NCBI GenBank assembly: GCA_036444275.1
Contig: JAZGAD010000047.1
Span: forward strand, 6,125 to 70,124
Direction: 5' to 3'
From: Candidatus Hydrothermarchaeales archaeon
Lineage (GTDB): Archaea > Hydrothermarchaeota > Hydrothermarchaeia > Hydrothermarchaeales > JAZGAD01
DNA: 64,000 nt
The notes under the pieces are model-generated. The model worked only from the letters and a program-made list of their open reading frames with translations, was not told the origin of the DNA and searched no databases. Of the stretch, positions 29,851-39,759 are shown piece after piece; position 1 is the stretch's first letter; the number at the start of each line of letters is the position of its first letter. A program made the position numbers and the translations under genes.

Positions 29851-31350
29851 TTATTCATGCAGACGCGGAGGTTCGAGGTATTCTTGGAGTACCCAAGGCG
29901 AAACGTGGTTGTGGCATCCGTTGCATGAGTTGGGCTGCACATTCCAGAGCAGATCGTCCAGGGTTTTTCCTGCGGACATAGCTTCTCGGGCTTTTTTCTT
30001 GAGCAGCTCTTCCACTTGGGTCGTGTTAAGGCCTTCTACATCTTTAGCCTCGAGGCCGTAGAAACCCAGGACGGTGTTATCCTTCTTCGCGGCTTTGTCA
30101 ACTAGGAGTTTTATGCTGACCTCTGGTTTAATGACCTTGAACCTGTGGCTCCTAATATCTCCGGGGTTAATGTTCTTTGCAGTCGGGGGCATATGGCAGC
30201 CGACGCAGTTCCCGAAGTCGTGGATAGTATGGCTCAACCCAGCGAGGCCTGGAACCCTCCTCGGCTCACCGTGGCAGGCTTTGCACAGCGCAGTGCCTGC
30301 TAGCTTGGTCTCGAACCTGCCTTCACCTTTAGAGTGAACGGTGTGGCAGTCCCAACAGGTTATTCCTGCCTTCGCATGCTCACTTATCTGCCAATCTGGA
30401 TACTGTTGGTGGTGTGATTTGGAGTCTCCACTCGGCCAGAAGCGTTTTGGTGTATCTTTTTCGCGTGTAACAGGATCGTACAGGGGTATCAAGTTCATAC
30501 CGGGTTTGTAGCCAACGGGATATCCGTATTTCGCATCGAGGGTAGAATGACCTCGGGTGTGGCATGAGCCACAAACCATGACCCCTATATCTGTTTGTGG
30601 GATCTTTGCTGGGTTTACGATCGTATCCTTCTTGTAGGGGGTATCGGCCAATATGTGGTTGCTCCCCGGTCCGTGGCAAGCTTCACATCTGGCTCCGTTA
30701 TCTATCCAAGTTGAGGCATAGGTATCCGTGACTTCATCGTAGTTTATTTGAAAGCCTGTTGTATGGCAACCAGCGCATTTATACTGCCAGATCCTTCCCT
30801 TGCTGCTCCAATAATTTTTGGGATCATCATAATCATATTTCTCCAGCCCATGGTAGTCTTGCCACTTCTGTTCCCTAATATTCCATTGAACAGGGAGTAT
30901 ATGGAATTCTCCATTGTCGAACTTCGTGAGATATCTCTGCTTCCAGGCACTACCGATGGTATAGAGCACTTCGTAGATGTGCTCTTCTCCATCAGGACCG
31001 ATAGTAGTTATATAATATTTTCCGTCCTCTGTCGACATCGTGGTGTTCTTATCCTTAACGGTCAATTCGTTGTTCTTGACAAAATCGCCGAGGACGACGT
31101 TTTCGCCGATTTCCTGTATTTTATATGGATGCAGTGTCGTTTTCCAACCGGCGTAAGTTCTCTCGTGGCATTGCTTACATTGAACAGAACCGACGTAAGT
31201 AGCCCCCTCAGTGGTGGTTGGCTTTTCTTCTCCTATTCTAAATCGTTCTAAGAAGCTGAATCCAGGCGTTAAGGTTATAAATGCAATCGTTACTACTACA
31301 AACGCGGCTACAAGCAACCGCGAGATTCTTTTTCTCTCCTCTTGCTGCAT
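29851..31350 (-). CDS. octahaem c-type cytochrome (OTR/ONR/HAO-like class by size and haem spacing)
   Basis: Eight CXXCH motifs (CKQCH, CAGCH, CEACH, CGSCH, CWDCH, CKACH, CVGCH, CNGCH), an N-terminal signal/anchor, and 499 aa. Confidence 0.85.
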   Translation of the reverse strand: MQQEERKRISRLLVAAFVVVTIAFITLTPGFSFLERFRIGEEKPTTTEGATYVGSVQCKQCHERTYAGWKTTLHPYKIQEIGENVVLGDFVKNNELTVKDKNTTMSTEDGKYYITTIGPDGEEHIYEVLYTIGSAWKQRYLTKFDNGEFHILPVQWNIREQKWQDYHGLEKYDYDDPKNYWSSKGRIWQYKCAGCHTTGFQINYDEVTDTYASTWIDNGARCEACHGPGSNHILADTPYKKDTIVNPAKIPQTDIGVMVCGSCHTRGHSTLDAKYGYPVGYKPGMNLIPLYDPVTREKDTPKRFWPSGDSKSHHQQYPDWQISEHAKAGITCWDCHTVHSKGEGRFETKLAGTALCKACHGEPRRVPGLAGLSHTIHDFGNCVGCHMPPTAKNINPGDIRSHRFKVIKPEVSIKLLVDKAAKKDNTVLGFYGLEAKDVEGLNTTQVEELLKKKAREAMSAGKTLDDLLWNVQPNSCNGCHNHVSPWVLQEYLEPPRLHE

Positions 31351-31606
31351 GGATTCCGCTCCATTTCGAGATTTTAAAAAATCTATTTTAGTTTTTGCTC
31401 TTCCTCTTATATATATTTATATTAAGTCGGCATGGGTATTGCGCTGAATCGTCGTTTAGAATTATTTGGTCCCCCTCTCTTTAGGTTGGCAATTCATCTC
31501 TAAAAAAACAGAATAGGTCAAGATAAAAAAAAGAACCAGTAAAAGCAACCCTAGATTGGAAGGGTATGACAACTCGTATCGAATAAAAACTCAAAGAAGT
31601 AAGGCA

Positions 31607-32395
31607 TCAGTCCTTTTTCTTACTCTTATAGGCTTCAAAGACTTCCAAGAACGGTTTAAATAGGTCTATCGGCACCGGGAATATGACGTTTGAGCCCCGT
31701 TCTCCTGAGATCTCGACTAGGGATTGCAGATATCTCAATTGGAGTGCCATTGGATGGGGTCCAATAATCTCTGCTGCTTCCGCGAGTTTTTCTGCTGCTT
31801 GGAATTCTCCCAAGGCGTTGATCACCTTTGCCCTTCTCTCCCTCTCTGCCTCGGCTTGCCTCGCCATAGCCCTCTTCATGACTTCTGGAAGCTCGACATC
31901 CTTGACCTCAACACATGATACCTTCACTCCCCAGGGTTCTGTATGTGAATCTATAATCCTTTGAAGAGTATAATTGATCTTATCCCTCTCTGCGAGCAGT
32001 TCGTCCAGCTCATGTTGCCCAATAACACCCCGTAAGGTTGTCTGAGATATCAGCGTGGTAGATGCCACGTAGTCCGCCACCTCTACTGTGGATTTCACTG
32101 CATCCATTACGTTGAAGTATATAACGGCATCGACTTTGGTCGTCACATTGTCCTTGGTGATAACGTCTTGGGCCGAGACATTTTCTGTAACTACCCTCAG
32201 ATCTACCCTGAAGATCTTATCCACAAAGGGTATTATAAAGACTAAGCCCGGTCCTCTTGCATCTTGCAACCTCCCCATCCTGAAGAGAACCCCTCGCTCG
32301 TACTCTTTAAATACCCATATCGACATCTTGAGAAGTACCGAGACTACCAAAACTACGAGTATAGTAATTATAGTAATATACGTCCCTACAGGCAT
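31607..32395 (-). CDS. SPFH/band-7 (stomatin/prohibitin-like) membrane protein
   Basis: N-terminal TM plus a stomatin core (FKEYERGVLFRMGRL...VVTENVSAQDVITKDNVTTKVDAVIYF). Confidence 0.85.
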   Translation of the reverse strand: MPVGTYITIITILVVLVVSVLLKMSIWVFKEYERGVLFRMGRLQDARGPGLVFIIPFVDKIFRVDLRVVTENVSAQDVITKDNVTTKVDAVIYFNVMDAVKSTVEVADYVASTTLISQTTLRGVIGQHELDELLAERDKINYTLQRIIDSHTEPWGVKVSCVEVKDVELPEVMKRAMARQAEAERERRAKVINALGEFQAAEKLAEAAEIIGPHPMALQLRYLQSLVEISGERGSNVIFPVPIDLFKPFLEVFEAYKSKKKD

Positions 32396-32686
32396 TAATT
32401 TTCACCCTACAAAAAATTGTCAGTACTCCTATATATTATTTGTCCTACCTACTGCCTAGCTAGGGCAATTCGTTCTCTACCGTGCCTCAGATTGCAGAAA
32501 TCATTTTATAGATTGAACTTCAAATATTATACACATATATCCTACCAATGGAGAGATAAAAAGATTGGAGGAGAGATCAAGGATCACATAGCCTTTATCT
32601 GCAGGAAAAAATGTATGGTGTGGGGGGTCCAAAATAAGAGGAATTGGTATGGTAAACACCTTACCTCAAGTTCATAGGCGTAATAG

Positions 32687-35227
32687 ATGATTGTGAGGTC
32701 CAAAAGTCGATATGAAATACCGAAAATGGAGAAAATGGATTGGATGAACAAAGAACAACAAAAAGCGGCGCTCATTTTGGTAGTGGCATTTATTGGTAGT
32801 GCACTTACAGTAAACGGAACGCTTACAGCGGCGGAAGAAAAATATAGTACGATATTAAGCGCTGTGAGAACAAACGAAACGATAATCATAGATGGGCAGT
32901 TAAAGGAGTCTTCATGGAATGAGACAAAGACACTGATCATCCCAGTGGTGGATGGAAAGGTCGGGGATGTAGATGTGGAGATGAAGGCATTATACGATAC
33001 TGACTATATCTACATGTACATCGTATGGCCTGATCCGACCCAAAGCGATGCTTTATTCTGGGGATATAATGGCACTGCTTGGAACCCCCCAAATAAAAAT
33101 ACAGAGGATATTTTCACGATCTTCTGGAATATAAGGGACTCGGTTGAGGGATATGATATAGCTGGATGCGCCATTACTTGCCACGCAAATAGGATGCATA
33201 CCAATACCCCCGAAGAAAGACTCGATTACTGGAAATGGAAGGCAGAGAAAGGCAACCCCTCCGGCTATATGTGGGATGGATTCCTAGACGATATCGTGGT
33301 TATCGGGGAGAAGATATATCCCGGTTTTTCTAGGACCTTTATGATCGAGAAGGCATGGCATTCACACAAGCTAGATGAAACATCGGGTGACTATGTGGAG
33401 GAGAGAAAGAACGCGATTATCGATGAGAGAGGCAATTTCATTGGGCCGAGATATTATGAACCTGACGCAAGGGGCGAAGATGCGAAACACATCACGATGG
33501 AGGAGATCCTTAGGGACGAGGCCGTGGAATTTTTGAATTTAACAAAACTGAACGATGGAAGAGAGATCTCGATCGGCTTCAAAGTGCCTGTATACATCTC
33601 CGAAAAACCGACAGGAAGTGCTAGAGATATAAGCGCCAAAGGGGTTTATTATGACGGGAAGTGGCATCTGGAATTCAAGAGAAAATTGCAGACCGGGCAC
33701 GACGACGATGTCCTGTTCGATATCGCGAAGACCTATCGTTTCAGCATAGCTGTGAATGACGATTCTCACGGATCCGCCAACGAGGGTTATGGCCAAGGAC
33801 ACAGCATAAGCATGCTGGCGCGAACCCTAGAATTTGGCGGGATTGGTTCTGAAGAGATAACCCAACTGGCACTAATCCGCGATTATCTTCAGACCGCCAA
33901 GGCATATACCGGGCGCGGGGAATCGGGAATGGCGCTTTCAGAGGTCGATCATGCGTTGGCGATTTTCAATGCGATCAGGGGAGCAGTCGCCGACGAAGAC
34001 CCAGAACTCTACATGGACATTAGAAAGAGATTTGTAGAGGCCAAGAGGAATCCCTCGATCGATAACCTTGATGTCGTGCTTCAAGGCATCGAGGTTGCTA
34101 CATTAACTTTGCAGGGAAAGAGAGAGCCGCCAGAAGCGCCGTGGAATGTAAAGCTCCTAGTTCTCTGGGGGAGCGTACAACTTTACGTCTTTGTCTTTAT
34201 ATCGATATTTGTTCTCTATCCCCTCTACAAAACGATACAAACAACTAGAATACCGGAAATGCGCTATTTCGGCATCTTCCTATTTATAGTCATCCTCCCC
34301 CTATTTCTTGAAGGCGTTGGGAGGTTTGGGGTCCTTTTCAAGATCAGATTTTTGCAGAACTTCAGTTTCACAACAAATGAATACATAACCTTGCTCTGGG
34401 CGATAGGCATGTTCATAGCCTTGCTCATAGCCAAAGTTGGATTCACCGAAATAGATGAGACCATTCGCTCATTAAAATATTACAGCGCTGAAGTCGAAAC
34501 TAAGATGGAGGAGTTGAGAAAATCGCAAGAGCAACTGGTCAAGTCAGAGAGGATGGCTTCCATAGGGCAACTGGCAGCGAGTGTTGGCCACGAGTTGAGA
34601 AATCCTCTTGGAGTGATCAAGAACGTGAGCTACTATCTCAGCATGGCCCTAGCCGAGAAAGATGAAAAGGTGAAGAAGCACTTAAATATCCTAGAAAGGG
34701 AACTAGATACCTCCAACAAAATCATCACCGACTTATTGGACTTTTCACGGGGGGAGATAGAACCCACTTTTGGGGAAGCCAACATCAATGCGATCCTTAA
34801 GGATACATTGGCCAGGGCATCGGTACCTGACAATGTCAAAGTGGAAACTTATCTGGCCGATTTACCCTCAATGAGAGTAGATGGAGAGCAATTACAGCGG
34901 GTGTTCTTGAATATGATTTCAAACGCTGTTCATGCGATGCCCGATGGTGGTAAATTGATTATCAGAACCAAAAGTAAGGGCAACTCCGTAGAGATAGAGT
35001 TCGAGGACACCGGCAAAGGGATTTCGAAAGAGGATATAAAGAAGATCTTCGAACCGCTCTTTACCACTAAGGCAAAAGGGATTGGGTTGGGGTTAGCGAT
35101 CTGTAAACAAATCATCGATGGGCATGGGGGCACCATCGATGCGGTGAGCGCTGTAGACCAGGGGGCAACTTTTATCATCAAACTACCCGTGATGGAAGTA
35201 GAGGAAGATGAAGAAAAGGAAAACTAG
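32687..35227 (+). CDS. membrane sensor histidine kinase with an extracytoplasmic DOMON/EB_dh-like putative haem-binding domain
   Basis: Signal peptide, a DGxLxExxW-type DOMON/EB_dh start (IDGQLKESSWNE), the conserved GCAITCHANRMH (CX3CH), a helical linker, about 4 TM helices, HisKA (VGHELRNPL) and HATPase_c. The start may be MNKEQQ at 32744. Confidence 0.85.
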   Translation: MIVRSKSRYEIPKMEKMDWMNKEQQKAALILVVAFIGSALTVNGTLTAAEEKYSTILSAVRTNETIIIDGQLKESSWNETKTLIIPVVDGKVGDVDVEMKALYDTDYIYMYIVWPDPTQSDALFWGYNGTAWNPPNKNTEDIFTIFWNIRDSVEGYDIAGCAITCHANRMHTNTPEERLDYWKWKAEKGNPSGYMWDGFLDDIVVIGEKIYPGFSRTFMIEKAWHSHKLDETSGDYVEERKNAIIDERGNFIGPRYYEPDARGEDAKHITMEEILRDEAVEFLNLTKLNDGREISIGFKVPVYISEKPTGSARDISAKGVYYDGKWHLEFKRKLQTGHDDDVLFDIAKTYRFSIAVNDDSHGSANEGYGQGHSISMLARTLEFGGIGSEEITQLALIRDYLQTAKAYTGRGESGMALSEVDHALAIFNAIRGAVADEDPELYMDIRKRFVEAKRNPSIDNLDVVLQGIEVATLTLQGKREPPEAPWNVKLLVLWGSVQLYVFVFISIFVLYPLYKTIQTTRIPEMRYFGIFLFIVILPLFLEGVGRFGVLFKIRFLQNFSFTTNEYITLLWAIGMFIALLIAKVGFTEIDETIRSLKYYSAEVETKMEELRKSQEQLVKSERMASIGQLAASVGHELRNPLGVIKNVSYYLSMALAEKDEKVKKHLNILERELDTSNKIITDLLDFSRGEIEPTFGEANINAILKDTLARASVPDNVKVETYLADLPSMRVDGEQLQRVFLNMISNAVHAMPDGGKLIIRTKSKGNSVEIEFEDTGKGISKEDIKKIFEPLFTTKAKGIGLGLAICKQIIDGHGGTIDAVSAVDQGATFIIKLPVMEVEEDEEKEN

Positions 35228-35582
35228 CATTTTGGTAGTAGATGACGATATAGGCACGTGTGAAACCTTGGCCGATATTCTGACTGCGAAAGGATATAAT
35301 GTAACTACTGCAGAGAGCGGAATTGAAGCGGTTGAGAAACTCAAGGGGGAGCTCTTCAAAGTTATCCTCATGGATATAAAGATGATGGGAATAAACGGCA
35401 TAGAGACAATTAGGGAGATCAAGAAGATAGTATATCCTGAGGTGGCGATAATTATGATGACGGCCTACGTCGCCGAGGCCCTCGTAACAGAAGCTTTGAG
35501 GGAAGGGGCATATGCCGTTGTCTACAAACCTTTGGATATTGAGAGGATAATAAAGCTCATTGAAAGTGCAACAGTTAAGTAG
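35208..35582 (+). CDS. single-domain CheY-like response regulator
   Basis: Receiver with ILVVDDD...ILMDIKMMGINGIE...MMTAY. It overlaps the end of the upstream kinase. Confidence 0.85.
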   Translation: MKKRKTSILVVDDDIGTCETLADILTAKGYNVTTAESGIEAVEKLKGELFKVILMDIKMMGINGIETIREIKKIVYPEVAIIMMTAYVAEALVTEALREGAYAVVYKPLDIERIIKLIESATVK

Positions 35583-35641
35583 GATACAAATGGCCGTTAC
35601 ATTATGTAAATGTGAGATATTTAGGGAGAAGATGACTCGGA

Positions 35642-37279
35642 ATGTCCGAAGAAAGCAGCATCTTGATAATTGACGATGATAAAGGGATGCGCGAGACCCT
35701 TACAGACATACTCCAGGTGAAGGGCTACAAGACGGAGAGCGCAAAGGACGGAGAAGCGGCCTTGGATAAGCTGAAGGAGAAGTCCTTCAATGTAGCGCTC
35801 GTCGACATAAAGCTCCCGGATATTTCAGGCACAGAGGTATTGAAAAAACTCAAAGAGATTCAGCCGGATACGATAGTGATCATGATCACTGCTTTCGCTT
35901 CTCTCAATACTTCGATTAAGGCTTTGAAAGAGGGGGCATATGGCTATATCATGAAACCCTTGAATATGGATGAATTATTCGCTACCATCGGAGAAGGTCT
36001 CGAGAAACAGCGGTTGCAAAAAGAATTAAAAAAGTACTCTGAGCAACTGGAAGAGATGGTGAAAGCTAGGACTGAGGAATTACAGAATGCCTATGAAGAA
36101 CTCAAAGGCCTCGCCATCGAGAGAGCCCGTAATATCGAAGTAATACAAGAGCAATCGAGGGAACTCAAGGAAGCTAAGGACTTCTTGGATAACGTGATAG
36201 ACAGTAGCGCTGACGCGATAATCACTACTGGGTTGGACGGTACGATAACCTCTTTTAGCAGGGGTGCTGAGGAGCTCTATAAATACAAGGCTAAAGAGGT
36301 TATAGGCAAGCCGGCCCTCTCCCTTTACCCAAAGGAGCTTCGAGAAGAGAGGAGGGCTGGGTTGGATACGCTTCTTAAGGGCGAGACTATACGGAATATG
36401 AGAACCAGGATATACAATGCCGATGGAGAGCTTGTAGATATAAGTCTCTCTCTTTCCCGGCTCAGAGATATCTCCGGAAAGGCTATTGGTACTGTCGGAG
36501 TCTCAAAGGATATATCCAAGGAGATAGAGGGAGAAAAACGTCTGACGGAGGCATATGAGAGGCTTGTCGAATTGGATAAGATGAAGGACGAGTTCCTATC
36601 CAATATTTCACATGAGCTACGCACACCTATAACCTCGATTGTGACCTCCCTAGAGTTATTAGAGGAAGAAAGTCTACCGGGGGAGAGGGAGAAACTTCTG
36701 GAGGTATCTAAGAGGAATGTTTGGAGGCTGGATAATCTCGTCGGCAACCTACTGGAGTTCAGCCGCTTAGGAACGCAGAAGCTGCAAATGCAACCATTGA
36801 ACGCAAGTGTGCTGGTTCGTGAGCTTATAGCTGAAATGGAGAACTTTGCGGCAAGCAATGAAGTGGAGGTTAAGTCCTTTCTAAAGGAAGAAACCATGAT
36901 CATGGCTGATAAAAAGTTCGTAGGGCCTATATTCGGGAATCTCATTGGCAATGCCATAAAATTCAATAAGCGGGGGGGCAAGGTTAGGGTATCGGCGGAG
37001 GAAGAGAATTCGTGGATAAAGTTTTGCGTAGAAGATACCGGTGTAGGAATCCCCAAAGAAGGCTTGGACAAGGTATTCGATAGATTCTACCAGATCGATG
37101 CAAGCATCAGACGCAGGTACCCAGGCACAGGCTTAGGGCTGACCATAGCCAAGGAGATGGTGGAGCGCCAGGGAGGCATGATATGGGCTGAAAGCGAATT
37201 GGGAAAGGGTAGCAGGTTCTATTTCACTCTGCCCTCGGAACCTAGAACTAGAACCAGAAAAAAGATAAACGAGAAATGA
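35642..37279 (+). CDS. hybrid response-regulator receiver / coiled-coil / PAS / histidine kinase
   Basis: REC about 70% identical to the 26995 protein, PAS, SHELRTPITSI and HATPase_c. Confidence 0.85.
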   Translation: MSEESSILIIDDDKGMRETLTDILQVKGYKTESAKDGEAALDKLKEKSFNVALVDIKLPDISGTEVLKKLKEIQPDTIVIMITAFASLNTSIKALKEGAYGYIMKPLNMDELFATIGEGLEKQRLQKELKKYSEQLEEMVKARTEELQNAYEELKGLAIERARNIEVIQEQSRELKEAKDFLDNVIDSSADAIITTGLDGTITSFSRGAEELYKYKAKEVIGKPALSLYPKELREERRAGLDTLLKGETIRNMRTRIYNADGELVDISLSLSRLRDISGKAIGTVGVSKDISKEIEGEKRLTEAYERLVELDKMKDEFLSNISHELRTPITSIVTSLELLEEESLPGEREKLLEVSKRNVWRLDNLVGNLLEFSRLGTQKLQMQPLNASVLVRELIAEMENFAASNEVEVKSFLKEETMIMADKKFVGPIFGNLIGNAIKFNKRGGKVRVSAEEENSWIKFCVEDTGVGIPKEGLDKVFDRFYQIDASIRRRYPGTGLGLTIAKEMVERQGGMIWAESELGKGSRFYFTLPSEPRTRTRKKINEK

Positions 37280-37308
37280 CAACAAGGTATTGGAAGGGCT
37301 GTTAAGGA

Positions 37309-39759
37309 ATGCAAAGGAGAGCGAGGGACTTTTATCAATTAAGCTTGTTTAGTAGGGCTAAACGTAAGGATACGGCTATTTACATACCTAAAATTATACT
37401 TATAGTGATAATACTCGCTAGTTTTGCAGTTGTAGCAGGAGAGGTAGTGGAAAGACAGAGCACCATTTTGACAGCTGAGAGGGTCACTGAGCCGGTCGAG
37501 GTAGATGGGCTAGCTACTGAGAGTGCTTGGGATAGCGCGAGGCCGCTGGTGGTCACGGTCCAAGATGGTAGTATAGGGAGGATAGACGTATACCTCAAGG
37601 CATTATACGATTCTGACTACATCTACATCTATGCCACGTGGCCTGATCCAACTGAGAGTGTTAGTAAGCGTATGTGGGGCTTCAATGGCATAAACTGGTC
37701 TTTTTCTGACGACGAAGACAGATTTTCGGTCTTCTGGAATATAGACGATTCCGTCAAGGGCTTCAATGTCGGTGGTTGTGCGATGCTCTGTCACGGTGAT
37801 AGGATGCATGCTAATGCAGAGGGTGAGAAGGCTGACTCTTGGCACTGGAAGAGCAGTAGAACCAATCCAGTTGGTTATGCAGACGACAAATACGTAGACT
37901 CCCACGTTGTGCCTTACGAGGGTGGAGAGAAAATGGTAGGTCGCCATGGAGACCAAGCAGTCAGCGGGGGTTACATGCGTAACATCAATGACGAGGGCAC
38001 TAAGCCACTCTACTATGAGCCCTTGCCTGAGGATGAGTTGGATGCCTTGTTCCTATTGGAGGAGGAAGTCGAGGATGGTGAGGCAGTATTGTTGGATGAG
38101 GCGGAGCTTAAGTCGGGTATAGTTGTACCTGGTTATATCCTTAGTAAGCCAAGTGGCAGCAGAGGCGACATCGATTCTAAAGGTGTATGGCAAAACGAGA
38201 GGTGGGCTGTGGAGTTTCGTAGGAAGCTTGTGACTGGGCACGATGATGATGTCCAGTTTGATACTAGTAGGACGTATCGTTTTGGTATAGCTGTGATGGA
38301 CAATACGGGTGGCTTTGAGGGCTTCGGAAAGGGTCATAGCTTTGACTTGGGTGCCAGGACGCTTGAGTTCGGCGGCATTGGGAGCGAAGAGGTGACTCAG
38401 TTGGTCTTGATACGGGACTACCTAGTTACTGCCAAAGCACATGTTAGAGATGGAAAACCAGGATTGGCACTTTCAGAAGCCAACGATGGTCTCACATTGT
38501 ACAACGAGATCCGCGACGAGGTTGCAGACGTGGATCCAGAGCTCTACATAACTATAAAAAATGCATTCGTGGATTCTGTGAGGAATCCCACACTAAGCAA
38601 TATAGACATCCTGATAAGAAACATCGACGATGTTGTGCTAACTTTCCAGGGAAAGAGGCAACCAGCTGAACCGACGTGGAATCTAAAGCTCCTCATCGCA
38701 TGGGGGCGGATACAGCTCTATGTGTTCGTCGTGCTCTCAATACTTGTAACATACCCCATCTATAAGACAGTAAAGACGAGCGCGAGACCAGAATTACGCC
38801 ATCTGAGTCTCTTCTTGCTGATAGTAATGGCTCCGATATTCCTCGAGGGAGTGGGCCGCTTTGGTGTTCTTGCTAAGATTCATTTTCTGCAGAAGTTCAG
38901 TTTCACGACAAATGAATATATAACAATGATATGGGCGATAGGCATGTTCATAGCTTTGTATGTCGCTAAGATAGGATTCAACGAAGTAGATGATACCATC
39001 AAGTCGCTGGGTTACTACAGCACTGAACTCGAGACCAAGATGGAGGAGCTGAGGAAATCACAGGCAAAACTTTTAGGAGCAGAGAAATTGGCTTCTATAG
39101 GGCAGCTGACTGCAAGCATCGGGCATGAGCTGCGTAATCCGTTGGGCGTGATTAAGAACATAAGCTACTATCTCGACATGAAATTAGGCGATAGGGATGA
39201 AAAAATTAAGAAACATCTGCGGCTCTTGGATGAGGAGCTTGTCAGGTCAAATGAGATAATAAGCGATCTTTTGGACTTCTCTAGGGGTATAGAGCCGACT
39301 CTTCACGATGTTGACATCAATCCAGTCGTGGGGGAAGCCCTATTGAGAGCCACGATACCAGGTAACATCGAAGTGAGCACAAATTTTGAGGATGCATCAC
39401 CTAAGGTCTCCGTGGATAGCGAGCATATAGTGAGGGTATTTATGAATATAATCTCGAATGCAGTTCAGGCGATGCCAGAAGGTGGGAGTTTAAGGATAAG
39501 AACAGTGAAAAAGGATGATTTCATAGGAATAGAGATCACGGACACAGGCGTTGGAATCCCGAAAGAAGATGTAGGGAAAGTCTTTGAACCTTTATTTAGT
39601 ACGAAGGCGAAGGGGATAGGCCTGGGCCTAGCCATTAGTAGGCAGATCATAGAGAGACATGGCGGTAGCATTGAAGTAGAGAGCGTCCTAGATAGTGGGA
39701 CTACATTTATTGTAAAACTCCCGATAAAAAGGAGTCAGGGCGATGAAGGGGAAGACTAG
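37309..39759 (+). CDS. membrane sensor histidine kinase, paralog of 32687..35227, with the same DOMON/EB_dh-like domain and CX3CH motif
   Basis: VDGLATESAWDS..., GGCAMLCHGDRMH, the same TM/linker/HisKA/HATPase arrangement, and a colinear alignment by eye. Confidence 0.85.
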   Translation: MQRRARDFYQLSLFSRAKRKDTAIYIPKIILIVIILASFAVVAGEVVERQSTILTAERVTEPVEVDGLATESAWDSARPLVVTVQDGSIGRIDVYLKALYDSDYIYIYATWPDPTESVSKRMWGFNGINWSFSDDEDRFSVFWNIDDSVKGFNVGGCAMLCHGDRMHANAEGEKADSWHWKSSRTNPVGYADDKYVDSHVVPYEGGEKMVGRHGDQAVSGGYMRNINDEGTKPLYYEPLPEDELDALFLLEEEVEDGEAVLLDEAELKSGIVVPGYILSKPSGSRGDIDSKGVWQNERWAVEFRRKLVTGHDDDVQFDTSRTYRFGIAVMDNTGGFEGFGKGHSFDLGARTLEFGGIGSEEVTQLVLIRDYLVTAKAHVRDGKPGLALSEANDGLTLYNEIRDEVADVDPELYITIKNAFVDSVRNPTLSNIDILIRNIDDVVLTFQGKRQPAEPTWNLKLLIAWGRIQLYVFVVLSILVTYPIYKTVKTSARPELRHLSLFLLIVMAPIFLEGVGRFGVLAKIHFLQKFSFTTNEYITMIWAIGMFIALYVAKIGFNEVDDTIKSLGYYSTELETKMEELRKSQAKLLGAEKLASIGQLTASIGHELRNPLGVIKNISYYLDMKLGDRDEKIKKHLRLLDEELVRSNEIISDLLDFSRGIEPTLHDVDINPVVGEALLRATIPGNIEVSTNFEDASPKVSVDSEHIVRVFMNIISNAVQAMPEGGSLRIRTVKKDDFIGIEITDTGVGIPKEDVGKVFEPLFSTKAKGIGLGLAISRQIIERHGGSIEVESVLDSGTTFIVKLPIKRSQGDEGED

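Noticed and set aside
36325-37071. 248-aa − strand ORF
   Set aside because: Antisense to the second REC-PAS-HK hybrid, with the same Ser-rich shadow pattern.
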